From a bacterium (GTDB lineage: Bacteria > JACRDZ01 > JAQUKH01): a stretch of DNA of 33,708 nucleotides. Positions 17,865 to 26,903 of this stretch are shown piece by piece. Both the position numbers and the translations under genes were made by a program. Location of the stretch: positions 1-33,708 of the forward strand of contig JAQUKH010000028.1 of NCBI GenBank assembly GCA_028719205.1, given 5' to 3'. The notes below the pieces were generated by a model. It had not been told where the DNA came from, did not search any database, and worked only from the letters and a program-made list of their open reading frames with translations. Position 1 is the stretch's first letter, and each line of letters begins with the position of its first letter.

Positions 17865-19028
17865 ATGAAAAGAATTTATCTGGATAATATTGCCGGAACG
17901 CCAATTCATCCTGAAGTTAAAGAAGCAATGATACCTTTTCTGGAAGGTAATTACGGGAATCCGCAGAGCCTGCATAGTTTCGGCGCCGAGGTTAACAGGG
18001 CTGTAAAGAACGCGAGAGAAAAGACCGCGTCTTTAATAAATTGTACTCCTGAGGAAATATTTTTCACCTCCAGCGGCACTGAATCAAATAATTTCGCGTT
18101 AAAGGGGATTGCCTGGGCGAACCAGAAAAAGGGCAACCATATCATCATTTCCGCTATTGAACACCAGTCAATTCTTCATTCCGCGAAGGCATTGGAAAGA
18201 ATGGGATTTAAAACAAGCATTGTTCCGGTAGATAAATTCGGTTTAGTCAGTCCGGACGATGTAGCCAAATCAATTACCAGTGAGACCATACTGGTTTCGA
18301 TAATGCTTGCCAACAGCGAAGTCGGTACGATCGAGCCTGTCAAAGATATAGCTAAAATTGTTAAAGAAAAAGGAATAGTTTTTCACACCGACGCGGTCGG
18401 CGCGGTCGGTAATATTCCGGTTGATGTAAATGAGCTTGGAGTGGACCTGTTGAGCCTTTCCGGAAGTCAATTTTACGGGCCGAAAGGAGCGGCGGCGCTT
18501 TTTATTAAAAAAGGCGTGAGGGTACTTCCTTTTATTGACGGGGGGATTCAGGAGGAAGGCCGGCGCGCTGGTACGGAGAATGTTTCCGGTATTGTCGGAT
18601 TGGGAAAGGCCGCTGAAATGGCAAAAATAGAAATACCCGGCAGGATGGCTTATCTATCCGCTTTAAGGAACCGGATGATAAAAGAATTACCGGAAAAAAT
18701 AAAGAACATTTATGTTACGGGGCATCCTGAAAATAGATTGCCTCATCACGCCAGTTTTTGTATTGAATTCATTGAAGGGGAGGCTATGCTGCTCAGGCTG
18801 GATATGGAAGGCATTGCAGTTTCAAGCGGTTCCGCCTGTACTTCAAGGGCTCTGAAGACCTCTCATGTGCTTGTCGCGATGAAGATACCGGCGGCTTTAG
18901 CGCAGGGTTCAATTGTATTTAGTTTAAATATTTTTAATACAAATGATGACGTTGATTTTGTGTTAAAAGTTTTTCCGCCGATAGTTGATTTGCTTAGAAA
19001 AATGTCGCCTCTATATCAGGGAAAGTAA
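17865..19028 (+). CDS. iscS: IscS/NifS-like cysteine desulfurase homolog (PLP Lys replaced by Gln)
   Basis: YLDN, FTSSGTES, IEHQS, HTDAVG, SGSQFYGPKG, RAGTEN, SSGSACTS, LRKMSPL; ATG 17865 follows AAGGGAG. Confidence 0.85.
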   Translation: MKRIYLDNIAGTPIHPEVKEAMIPFLEGNYGNPQSLHSFGAEVNRAVKNAREKTASLINCTPEEIFFTSSGTESNNFALKGIAWANQKKGNHIIISAIEHQSILHSAKALERMGFKTSIVPVDKFGLVSPDDVAKSITSETILVSIMLANSEVGTIEPVKDIAKIVKEKGIVFHTDAVGAVGNIPVDVNELGVDLLSLSGSQFYGPKGAAALFIKKGVRVLPFIDGGIQEEGRRAGTENVSGIVGLGKAAEMAKIEIPGRMAYLSALRNRMIKELPEKIKNIYVTGHPENRLPHHASFCIEFIEGEAMLLRLDMEGIAVSSGSACTSRALKTSHVLVAMKIPAALAQGSIVFSLNIFNTNDDVDFVLKVFPPIVDLLRKMSPLYQGK

Positions 19029-19030
19029 AA

Positions 19031-19504
19031 ATGGATAAAACCACTTTAATTGTTTTCAGCGATGATCTGGATAAAGTACTGGCAGCTTTTAATATTGCCA
19101 CAGGTTCGGCCTCAATGGGTATGGAAGTGACAATGTTTTTCACATTTTGGGGCCTTAATGTTATAAGGAAAGACAAACCATCAAAGAGATCTTCTAACTG
19201 GATGAAAAGGTTATTGGGGATGATGAATCTCGGCGGGGCGGACAGGTTGAAATTGTCAAAATTCCATATGATGGGAATAGGTACCGGAATGATGAGGGCG
19301 TTAATGAAGAAATCCAATATGCCTTCCGTTAAAGAGATGATTTCCTTATCAAAAGAGTTAGGGGTAAAAATGGTAGCATGTACAACCACTATGGAAATAA
19401 TGGGTATTCATAAAGAAGATCTGATCCCTGAGGTAGATATGATTGCCGGAGTTGCGACATATCTCGAAAACGCGAAAGAGAGCAAAGTTAATTTATTTAT
19501 ATAA
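19031..19504 (+). CDS. DsrE2-like (DsrE/F/H family) sulfur carrier
   Basis: FSDDLDK, MFFTFWGL, ACTTTMEIMG, GVATYL, NLFI. Confidence 0.85.
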   Translation: MDKTTLIVFSDDLDKVLAAFNIATGSASMGMEVTMFFTFWGLNVIRKDKPSKRSSNWMKRLLGMMNLGGADRLKLSKFHMMGIGTGMMRALMKKSNMPSVKEMISLSKELGVKMVACTTTMEIMGIHKEDLIPEVDMIAGVATYLENAKESKVNLFI

Positions 19505-19522
19505 TAAAAATAAGGATTTATT

Positions 19523-19756
19523 GTGGAAAAAAATTATACACTTGATTGTTATGGCCTGCTTTGTCCGATGCCGGTCATTAAGATCGCCCAAATGATCAAA
19601 AAAATAAAAAAAGGGGAAGTTCTGGAATTGATCTCAACGGATGAGGGTGTGAAAGAAGATATTCCGGCGTGGTGCAGGGCTACCGGAAATGAATTCTTAG
19701 GGATAGAAGAAGAAAAAGGAATTTTTAAGGTCTATATAAAAAAGATGAAGGATTAA
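19523..19756 (+). CDS. tusA: Sulfurtransferase TusA family protein
   Basis: LDCYGLLCPMP, DIPAWCRATG; GTG start. Confidence 0.9.
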   Translation: MEKNYTLDCYGLLCPMPVIKIAQMIKKIKKGEVLELISTDEGVKEDIPAWCRATGNEFLGIEEEKGIFKVYIKKMKD

Positions 19757-19860
19757 AGCTTGACAAAGTTAACTAAATATGAAAGAATAAAATTTTCTAA
19801 AAGGTAACAAAATGTTTATCAATTATTTGGATTGGGATTAACATTTTAAGAGGGGAAATT

Positions 19861-20382
19861 ATGGGGATTGATATGATCGGTTTGAATTTAAGAAGAGTTC
19901 GAGAACAAAATGGATTTACACAGGAAGCAATCGCGAAAAAACTTGGGGTATCAAGACAAGCTGTTTGTATGTGGGAATCAGGAAAAAGGGAAGTAAGTGT
20001 ATCGAAGCTTATAGAGGTCGCTGAAATTTTTAATATGAGCATTGATGAGATAATAAGGCCAGGGAAAGTAAGACCAAATAATAATAATTATCCGGTTGTA
20101 AAAAATAAAAAAGAAAAAGCGGACCCTAAAACCTGTTTTGAATTAGACGCGCCTTACGCTAATGAGGTTTTATTAGTGGGTGATTTTAATTCCTGGAACG
20201 CGGGGGGGATACTGTTAAAGAAAAATGAAAAGGGATTATGGAAAATTGAATTAGCGCTTAATCCCGGAAAATATGAATATAAGTTTATAGTTGACGGAAA
20301 ATGGCAGAATGATCCTGCTAATACTGATACAGCCGTAAATTCATACGGCACAACTAATTCGGTAAAGGAAATAACTAAATGA
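19861..20382 (+). CDS. XRE-family HTH regulator fused to a CBM48/AMPK-beta-like glycogen-binding domain
   Basis: N-term LRRVREQNGFTQEAIAKKLGVSRQAVCMWESG; C-term EVLLVGDFNSW...PGKYEYKFIVDGKWQNDP...NSYGTTNS. Confidence 0.9.
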   Translation: MGIDMIGLNLRRVREQNGFTQEAIAKKLGVSRQAVCMWESGKREVSVSKLIEVAEIFNMSIDEIIRPGKVRPNNNNYPVVKNKKEKADPKTCFELDAPYANEVLLVGDFNSWNAGGILLKKNEKGLWKIELALNPGKYEYKFIVDGKWQNDPANTDTAVNSYGTTNSVKEITK

Positions 20383-21539
20383 GAATTGCCCTGTTTTCCT
20401 GGGAATCTTTACATTCAATTGCAATTGGAGGCATAGCGGTACATGTCACGGAACTTGCCTGCGCCATGCAGCGCAAGGGGCATGAAGTTCATATTTTTAC
20501 ACGTATGGGCCGCCGCGATCACAGGCTTTATGAATGTATCGATGGGGTTCACTATCATCGATGCCCTTATCCGCATCATCCTGATTTTATTGAAGAAGTT
20601 AACAATATGTGCCGTTCATTTGTTCATTATTTTTTCCAGACAGAGGATTATATCGGCCATTTTGATATTGTTCACTGCCATGACTGGCTGACGACAAACG
20701 CGCTGGTATGGATAAAAAAAGGCAGGCCGCGAAAGTCTATTATGACAATACATTCGACTGAATTCGGGAGGTGCGGTAATAAGTTTCACAAGGGAAAATC
20801 AGACATAATAAGGCATCTTGAGTGGTATGGGACTTATGAAGCAAGTAAGGTAATAGCTGTTTCCAATTTTTTAAAGAAAGAAATAATACAGATCTATAGC
20901 CTGCCGGAAGATAAGATCCATGTCATTTATAATGGAATACATTATAAAGCTTATGACGGCTGGATAGACCCGGGCGCTGTAAAAAGGATATATGGCATAG
21001 GTCCTTTAGATCCCGTGGTTTTGTTTGTGGGAAGAATAGTTTATCAAAAGGGTGTGGACCTTTTAGTAGAGGCTATTCCTCATGTTTTAAAATTTCATAA
21101 AAACGCGAAATTTGTTTTTGTCGGTGATGGAGAAATGCGCCATCAGATCGAATCAAGGACGCATCAGTTAGGGATAAATCACGCGACAAGGTTTTTGGGC
21201 CAGGCCGGTGGAAGTAAATTAATTGATCTTTATAAAGCCTGTGAATGTGTATGCATTCCAAGCAGGAATGAGCCGTTTGGGATCGTTCTACTTGAGGCCT
21301 GGAGCGCAGGGAAGCCCGCTGTAGCCAGTATAAATGGCGGGCCGGGGGAAATAATATGGCACGATGTAAACGGGTTAAAAATTAATGACAATGTAAATTC
21401 TGTGGCATGGGGTATCGGAACATTATTGTCAGATTTTGATCATGCCAGGTGGATGGGACGAAACGGCCGGATCGCGGTTGAAACGGCATTTTCGTGGGAT
21501 GTAATTGCTGACGTAACACTTTCCGTTTATGAGAGCTGA
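20379..21539 (+). CDS. GT4 glycosyltransferase (glycogen synthase-like)
   Basis: GGIAVHV, HCHDW, TIHSTE, FVGRIVYQKG, PSRNEPFGIVLLEA; ATGA overlap with the upstream gene. Confidence 0.85.
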   Translation: MRIALFSWESLHSIAIGGIAVHVTELACAMQRKGHEVHIFTRMGRRDHRLYECIDGVHYHRCPYPHHPDFIEEVNNMCRSFVHYFFQTEDYIGHFDIVHCHDWLTTNALVWIKKGRPRKSIMTIHSTEFGRCGNKFHKGKSDIIRHLEWYGTYEASKVIAVSNFLKKEIIQIYSLPEDKIHVIYNGIHYKAYDGWIDPGAVKRIYGIGPLDPVVLFVGRIVYQKGVDLLVEAIPHVLKFHKNAKFVFVGDGEMRHQIESRTHQLGINHATRFLGQAGGSKLIDLYKACECVCIPSRNEPFGIVLLEAWSAGKPAVASINGGPGEIIWHDVNGLKINDNVNSVAWGIGTLLSDFDHARWMGRNGRIAVETAFSWDVIADVTLSVYES

Positions 21540-21547
21540 GGATATTT

Positions 21548-22573
21548 ATGCAGAAAAAAAATTTTGTTGACAACTTAGACCTGCCTGTGGATTATAATCA
21601 TACGAATCTTACTCTTATCCCAAGAGATCCATATTGGGTATTTGCTTATTGGGAAATATCTCCGTCTGTCCTTGAAACGCTTAAAAAAAAGACCGGCAAT
21701 AAATTGCCTAAAATATCATCATATATAATCAGGATGCATGATATAACTTCAGTGGATTTTAATGGAAAGAACGCGAATTCATCATTTGATATTAATATTG
21801 CCCCGCATAAGGGCAGCTCATATATAAACCTGCCGTGTGATAATGTAAATTATTGCGCTGAGTTAGGAATAACCGAACCGGATGGAAAATTTTTTCCGTT
21901 GACAATGTCAAACTATGCCGCTGCTCCAAGGCTAAGTTCATCGCCAAGGTCTGATCTTATATGGATGGATTCGAAAAACAGAAAAAGACAGCCTTTTGTT
22001 GATCCAAAAGAAGAAGAAAAAAATAAAATTTCAAACATTAAATTCGAAGACCTGCCAAAAAAAGCTAAAAGGATGTTCCTGACGGAAGACGATATAAGGG
22101 CTTATTATTCAAGGATCATGTCTTTGTATACCCGAAAAAATAAAAAGCCGGCGCATATGCCGGAAAAGGTATCAGCCGGAAAATATAATAAATCTCTAAA
22201 AAATAATTGCGCGGCAAATAATAAAGATTTAAACGATATTATTTTAAGTGAAGGATTTAATAATAATTTTTCAGGTTCATCAGGGATGGGCTCAAGTGAA
22301 TTAAAAGGCGGCGCGAGCGAAAGGGAAGAAAAAGGAAGAAAGTTCTTCTTTGAGATAGGAACGGAACTGATCGTTTTCGGCCGTACTGAACCGGACGCGG
22401 AAGTGCTGATGAATGGTAAAAAAATAGACCTTAGAAATGACGGGACATTCAGCATGAGGTTTGCCTTTCCCGATGGAAAGATCCCGCTTGATTTTATAGC
22501 AACGTCAAATGATAAAGTTGATAGACGTACCATAATGACTTCCGCCGAACGGGCAAAAACCAGATCCAGTTAA
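21548..22573 (+). CDS. DUF4912 domain-containing protein
   Basis: LPVDY...LIPRDPYWVFAYWE and C-terminal ELIVFGRTEPDA...DGTFSMRFAFPDG. Confidence 0.8.
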   Translation: MQKKNFVDNLDLPVDYNHTNLTLIPRDPYWVFAYWEISPSVLETLKKKTGNKLPKISSYIIRMHDITSVDFNGKNANSSFDINIAPHKGSSYINLPCDNVNYCAELGITEPDGKFFPLTMSNYAAAPRLSSSPRSDLIWMDSKNRKRQPFVDPKEEEKNKISNIKFEDLPKKAKRMFLTEDDIRAYYSRIMSLYTRKNKKPAHMPEKVSAGKYNKSLKNNCAANNKDLNDIILSEGFNNNFSGSSGMGSSELKGGASEREEKGRKFFFEIGTELIVFGRTEPDAEVLMNGKKIDLRNDGTFSMRFAFPDGKIPLDFIATSNDKVDRRTIMTSAERAKTRSS

Positions 22574-22590
22574 TTTAATAATAAGAAAAC

Positions 22591-23322
22591 ATGAAACTTA
22601 AAAAAAAATTATTTTTTATAGTTTTATTTATATTTAGATTAAACTCATTAGTGCTGGGAATTGATGAGGCGGAGCTTTCGAAGTTACGGAAAGCAATGGT
22701 TGAGACCCAGATAAAGGCTGAAGGGATAAAAGATGAACGTGTGCTTCAGGCGATGTTAAAAGTAAAAAGGCATTTATTCGTACCGGAGGAATATAAAAAC
22801 ACGGCTTATATTAACGGCCCTTTGCCGATCGGAGAAGGCCAGACAATTTCCCAGCCGTATATTGTCGCTTTAATGACCGAGCTTCTGGAATTGAAAGGTA
22901 ATGAAAAGGTTTTAGAAATAGGCACAGGTTCAGGTTATCAGGCCGCAATATTGGGTGAGCTGGCGAAAGAAGTTTACACAATTGAAATTCTTGATATTTT
23001 GGGAAGACGGGCTGAAAAACTTTTAAACGAATTGAAATATAAAAATATTAAAGTAAAAATAGGGGATGGTTATTTAGGCTGGCTTGAATACGCGCCTTTT
23101 GACGCGATAATCGTTACAGCCGCTCCTGAAGAGATCCCAAAGGCATTGATAGAACAACTGGCTGAAGGCGGGAAAATGGTAATTCCTGTTGAAGATCAAT
23201 TCCCGATCGACCGTTATTCTCAAAAATTGAAATTGGTTAGAAAAATAAACGGGAAACCGGTAGTTAAAGATATTATCGCGGTAAGGTTTGTTCCGATGAT
23301 AAAGGGATTAGAAAAAAAATAG
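22591..23322 (+). CDS. pcm: Protein-L-isoaspartate(D-aspartate) O-methyltransferase
   Basis: RHLFVP, PLPIGEGQTISQPYIVA, VLEIGTGSGYQAA, APFDAIIVTAA, VRFVPM. Confidence 0.95.
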   Translation: MKLKKKLFFIVLFIFRLNSLVLGIDEAELSKLRKAMVETQIKAEGIKDERVLQAMLKVKRHLFVPEEYKNTAYINGPLPIGEGQTISQPYIVALMTELLELKGNEKVLEIGTGSGYQAAILGELAKEVYTIEILDILGRRAEKLLNELKYKNIKVKIGDGYLGWLEYAPFDAIIVTAAPEEIPKALIEQLAEGGKMVIPVEDQFPIDRYSQKLKLVRKINGKPVVKDIIAVRFVPMIKGLEKK

Positions 23323-23348
23323 CTTTAAAAATCCTGAAAATTTTGCTC

Positions 23349-23378
23349 TTGACACAGATAAAAAATAAATGGTAAAAT
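23349..23378 (+). promoter_or_regulatory. Sigma70-type promoter of the fdh operon
   Basis: TTGACA, 18 bp spacer, extended -10 TGgTAAAAT. Confidence 0.6.
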
Positions 23379-23395
23379 TATAACTCAAATTAAAA

Positions 23396-23478
23396 ATTTT
23401 ATACAACTGACGGCATAGGATGGTTTTACCATCGGGGAGTATGAAATAGAGAAAAGTATTTAGTCGACCGTCTGGGCA
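23396..23478 (+). ncRNA. ZMP/ZTP (pfl) riboswitch aptamer
   Basis: P1 TTTTATAC/GTATGAAA; ACTGACGG; P2 GATGGT-TTT-ACCATC; GGGGAG; linker; GTCGACCGTCTGGGCA; pseudoknot GACGG (23409-13) with CCGTC (23468-72). Confidence 0.9.
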
Positions 23479-23508
23479 TTCTAAAATTAGATACTCAGAC
23501 GGTTTTTT
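23467..23508 (+). terminator. Riboswitch expression-platform terminator
   Basis: ACCGTCTGGG...CTCAGACGGT followed by a T-tract; its 5' arm is the aptamer P3/pseudoknot, so the two folds are mutually exclusive (ON switch). Confidence 0.85.
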
Positions 23509-23553
23509 ATTATAGTCACAAAACTTGCGGTGTGCGGGAGGAGTTAAAACAAA

Positions 23554-26244
23554 ATGAAAACAATATCACTTATGATTGATGGAAAGATTTATTCCGGAAA
23601 TGAAAACCAGAGCGTTTTGGATGTAGCTATAGAAAATGGGGTCTTTATTCCGCATTTATGCCATGACCCCCGGCTTGAGGCTTATGGCGGGTGCCGTATG
23701 TGTATAGTTGAAATCGAAGGAATGCGCGGGATGGTTACTTCCTGCACGGTGAAAATTAAAGAGGGAATGAAGGTTGTTACTAATAACGAGCTTCTAAACC
23801 GTCATAGAGTTATGATCCTGAAGTTTCTTCTGGCCAGTCATCCTAACGAATGTATGACCTGCAATAAATCAGGAGATTGTAAATTACAGGATCTGGCTTA
23901 TCATTATAAAATTGAAAATATCAGTCCGCTGCAAAAAGAAGAGAGGTCCTTTCCGCTGACAAAAGATAATCCTTTAATAGAGCTGGACCGGAACAAATGC
24001 ATAACCTGCGGCAAATGCGTAAGGATTTGCAACGAAGTTGTACAGCGTGACGTCTGGGCTTTCGCGAAACGAGGTATTAATACGGTAGTAACAACTCCCA
24101 TGTACCGTTCCATGGAAGAATCTGGCTGCGAGTTCTGCGGGCAATGTGTTTCGGCCTGTCCTACCGGCGCTTTAACTGAAAAGGCGAGCAAGGGCAAAGG
24201 CCGTTTATCGGATATGAAAAGAGTGCGTACAACCTGCAGTTACTGCGGGACCGGCTGTAATTTTTATTTGAACGCGAAAGATAATAAAGTGGTAAAAGTT
24301 ACTTCCTGTTTTGAGGGGCCTGTGAACCAGGGTAATCTTTGCGTGAAAGGAAGATTCGGATATGAATTTATAAACAGCCCTGACCGTATAATGAAGCCGA
24401 TGATACGGAAAAACGGCAAACTGGAGGAAGTGGAATATCAGGAAGCGATCGATTACACCGCGCGGAAATTTCTTGAGTTGAAGAAAAAATACGGGCCGGA
24501 TAGTTTGGGAGGATTTTCTTCTTCACGCTGTACAAATGAAGAAAATTATGTTACTGCCAAATTGGTCCGGGCGGTTTTTGGAACAAATAATATTGATAAC
24601 TGCGCTCGGGTCTGCCATGCGCCTTCCGTCGCTGGTTTGTCCGCCTGCTTCGGTTCGGGCGCGGCGACTAATTCTTTTGACCAGATCGAAGACGCAGATG
24701 TTCTGTTTATAACCGGTTCAAATACTACTGAAGCGCATCCTATAGTCAGCCTTAAAGTAAAGAAAGCGCTGCGGAATGGTGCAAAAATAATAGTAGCCGA
24801 TCCCAGAAAGATAGAACTTGCTTATAAAGCCGAAATATGGCTCGATTTGCGGCCGGGAACAAATATAGCTCTTCTTAACGGAATGATGAATGTGATTCTT
24901 AAAGAAGGCTTGCAGAACGATAAGTTTGTAAAAGACAGGACGGAAGGTTATGACGCGTTTGTTAAAGTAGTCAGCAAATATACACCCGAATATGCTGAAA
25001 AAATTACAGGGGTAGACAGGAATAAAATAATAGAAGCCGCGAGATTGTACGCGAAGGCGGAAAAGGCGTCAATATTATACAGCCTTGGAATGACGGAACA
25101 TAATACAGGCACGCTGAACGTTATGTCCATGGGAAACCTGGCGATGCTTTGTGGCCAGGTTGGAAGAAGATCGACCGGTGTAAATCCTCTTCGCGGGCAG
25201 AACAATGTCCAGGGAGCGTGTGATATGGGGGCCCTGCCGAATGTGTTTTCAGGTTATCAGAAAGTTGATGACCCCGCTATTCGCGCGAAATTTGAAAAGT
25301 TCTGGGGAGTTAAACTTCCGGAAACAAAAGGCATGCAGTCAACAAAAATGATCGAGGCGGCGCATGAAGGAAAATTAAAAGGTTTGTTTATTCTGGGCGA
25401 GGATCCCGCTCACACGGATCCGAATATCAGCCTTGTAAAAGAATCGCTTGAAAAACTGGAGTTTCTTGTTGTTCAGGAATTATTCCATACAAAAACAACA
25501 GAGCTTGCTCACGTTGTTTTTCCTGCGGCAAGTTTCGCGGAATGTAATGGAACATTCACGAACGGAGAAAGAAGGATTCAGTTGGTAATGAAGGCGATAC
25601 CCCCGCTGCCAGGGCGTGAAAACTGGCAGACTATATGTGATATCTCAACGGCAATGGGTTATCCGATGTATTATAATAACGCGTTTGAAATTATGGAAGA
25701 GGTTGCGGCTGTATCTCCGATGTTTGCCGGTATAACTTTTGAAAGGCTGAAGGAAAAAGGTTTACAGTGGCCGATACCTGACAGAAAACATCCTGGGACT
25801 TGTACCATGTATGAAAAGGCTTTTAATTTCCCATCGGGATTAGGGAAGTTTAACGCGATCGAACATAAAGATCCGATCGAAATGCCGGATAAAGAGTATC
25901 CGTATACTTTAATTACAGGCCGTCGCCGCGAGCATTATAATAACGGTTCAATGACAAGGCGAAGTAACGGTATCATGGAGATCTGGCCTGAAGAAACATT
26001 AGAGATAAGTCCGTCTGACGCGAAAAAATTGGTGATTACCGACGGTGAATATGTAAATTTGATATCCCGCCGCGGAAAAGTAAAAATCAAGGCAAGGGTT
26101 ACTGAAAAAGCGAGAGAGGGAAGATTTTTTACCTCTTTCCATTATATAAAAACTTTGACAAATCTGGTTACTAATTCGGTTTTTGATCCCATGGCGGGAA
26201 CACCGGAATATAAGGCGTGCGCGGTCAAGGTGGAAAAAATATAA
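23554..26244 (+). CDS. fdhF: Cytoplasmic Mo/W formate dehydrogenase alpha subunit (Cys type) with NuoG-like Fe-S N-terminus
   Basis: IPHLC...GCRMC...SC [2Fe-2S], HPNECMTC, two CxxCxxC ferredoxin motifs, TCSYCGTGC, active site NCARVCH, PLRGQNNVQG, PEYKACAV; no Tat signal. Confidence 0.93.
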   Translation: MKTISLMIDGKIYSGNENQSVLDVAIENGVFIPHLCHDPRLEAYGGCRMCIVEIEGMRGMVTSCTVKIKEGMKVVTNNELLNRHRVMILKFLLASHPNECMTCNKSGDCKLQDLAYHYKIENISPLQKEERSFPLTKDNPLIELDRNKCITCGKCVRICNEVVQRDVWAFAKRGINTVVTTPMYRSMEESGCEFCGQCVSACPTGALTEKASKGKGRLSDMKRVRTTCSYCGTGCNFYLNAKDNKVVKVTSCFEGPVNQGNLCVKGRFGYEFINSPDRIMKPMIRKNGKLEEVEYQEAIDYTARKFLELKKKYGPDSLGGFSSSRCTNEENYVTAKLVRAVFGTNNIDNCARVCHAPSVAGLSACFGSGAATNSFDQIEDADVLFITGSNTTEAHPIVSLKVKKALRNGAKIIVADPRKIELAYKAEIWLDLRPGTNIALLNGMMNVILKEGLQNDKFVKDRTEGYDAFVKVVSKYTPEYAEKITGVDRNKIIEAARLYAKAEKASILYSLGMTEHNTGTLNVMSMGNLAMLCGQVGRRSTGVNPLRGQNNVQGACDMGALPNVFSGYQKVDDPAIRAKFEKFWGVKLPETKGMQSTKMIEAAHEGKLKGLFILGEDPAHTDPNISLVKESLEKLEFLVVQELFHTKTTELAHVVFPAASFAECNGTFTNGERRIQLVMKAIPPLPGRENWQTICDISTAMGYPMYYNNAFEIMEEVAAVSPMFAGITFERLKEKGLQWPIPDRKHPGTCTMYEKAFNFPSGLGKFNAIEHKDPIEMPDKEYPYTLITGRRREHYNNGSMTRRSNGIMEIWPEETLEISPSDAKKLVITDGEYVNLISRRGKVKIKARVTEKAREGRFFTSFHYIKTLTNLVTNSVFDPMAGTPEYKACAVKVEKI

Positions 26245-26258
26245 TCGTGGTTTTTGAA

Positions 26259-26327
26259 TGTAGGGGCAGGCCCCTGTGCCTGCCCAAATAATAAATTATA
26301 GGGCAACCACAGGGGGTTGCCCCTACA
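26259..26327. repeat. REP-like palindromic doublet (GTAG-type)
   Basis: TGTAGGGGCAGGCCCCTGTGCCTGCCC...GGGCAACCACAGGGGGTTGCCCCTACA; same family as 101-162. Confidence 0.85.
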
Positions 26328-26331
26328 ATAA

Positions 26332-26901
26332 ATGAACCGTTGGCGGAATATAGATGACAATTTACTGAAAGACGCAGCGCTTTTCCATGGCCGTCTGGCG
26401 CCGGGATTGTATCTTGGATTTTTTATGGTAAAAAAGGCGCGGGAGCTGCTTGGTTCGCCGGAGATGATCGACGCGGTATCTGAAACTGTAAAATGCCTGC
26501 CGGATTCCGTGCAGTTGACGACACCGTGTACGGTAGGCAACGGTTGGTTAAAGGTTTTTGATTATGGTAATTTTGCCCTGACCCTTTATGATAAAAAAAC
26601 AAAAGAAGGTGTCAGGATCTGGGTTGATTTGAATAAAATTCCTAAAGACACGCTTTTTTATAAATGGTTCACCCGCCTGGAGAAAGAAAAAGAAGGTGAC
26701 GAAGAGGTACTCTTAGGAGAAATAAAACGGTTGAATGTAAAACTATTTTCTTTCAGCCGGGTAAAAGTTGAAATTGAAAAAGGCAAACATCTGCCTTTGA
26801 TGGCATGTGAAAAGTGTAAAGAGTTATTTCCCGTAAAAAATAATGTTAATGGGTTATGTTTAAGTTGTCAGGGTAAAGGATACTGGAAAACTATTGGATA
26901 G
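26332..26901 (+). CDS. FmdE-family protein with C-terminal Zn finger
   Basis: FHGRLAPG, CLPDSVQLTTPCTVGNG, CEKC...CLSCQG. Confidence 0.8.
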   Translation: MNRWRNIDDNLLKDAALFHGRLAPGLYLGFFMVKKARELLGSPEMIDAVSETVKCLPDSVQLTTPCTVGNGWLKVFDYGNFALTLYDKKTKEGVRIWVDLNKIPKDTLFYKWFTRLEKEKEGDEEVLLGEIKRLNVKLFSFSRVKVEIEKGKHLPLMACEKCKELFPVKNNVNGLCLSCQGKGYWKTIG

Positions 26902-26903
26902 TT

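Noticed and set aside
19797-20042. 81-aa antisense ORF
   Set aside because: Shadow of the XRE HTH coding region
24595-24620. Selenocysteine in the FDH active site
   Set aside because: The motif reads NCARVCH with a TGC codon and there is no in-frame TGA
26142-26540. 132-aa antisense ORF
   Set aside because: It runs through the REP element and two well-supported plus-strand genes
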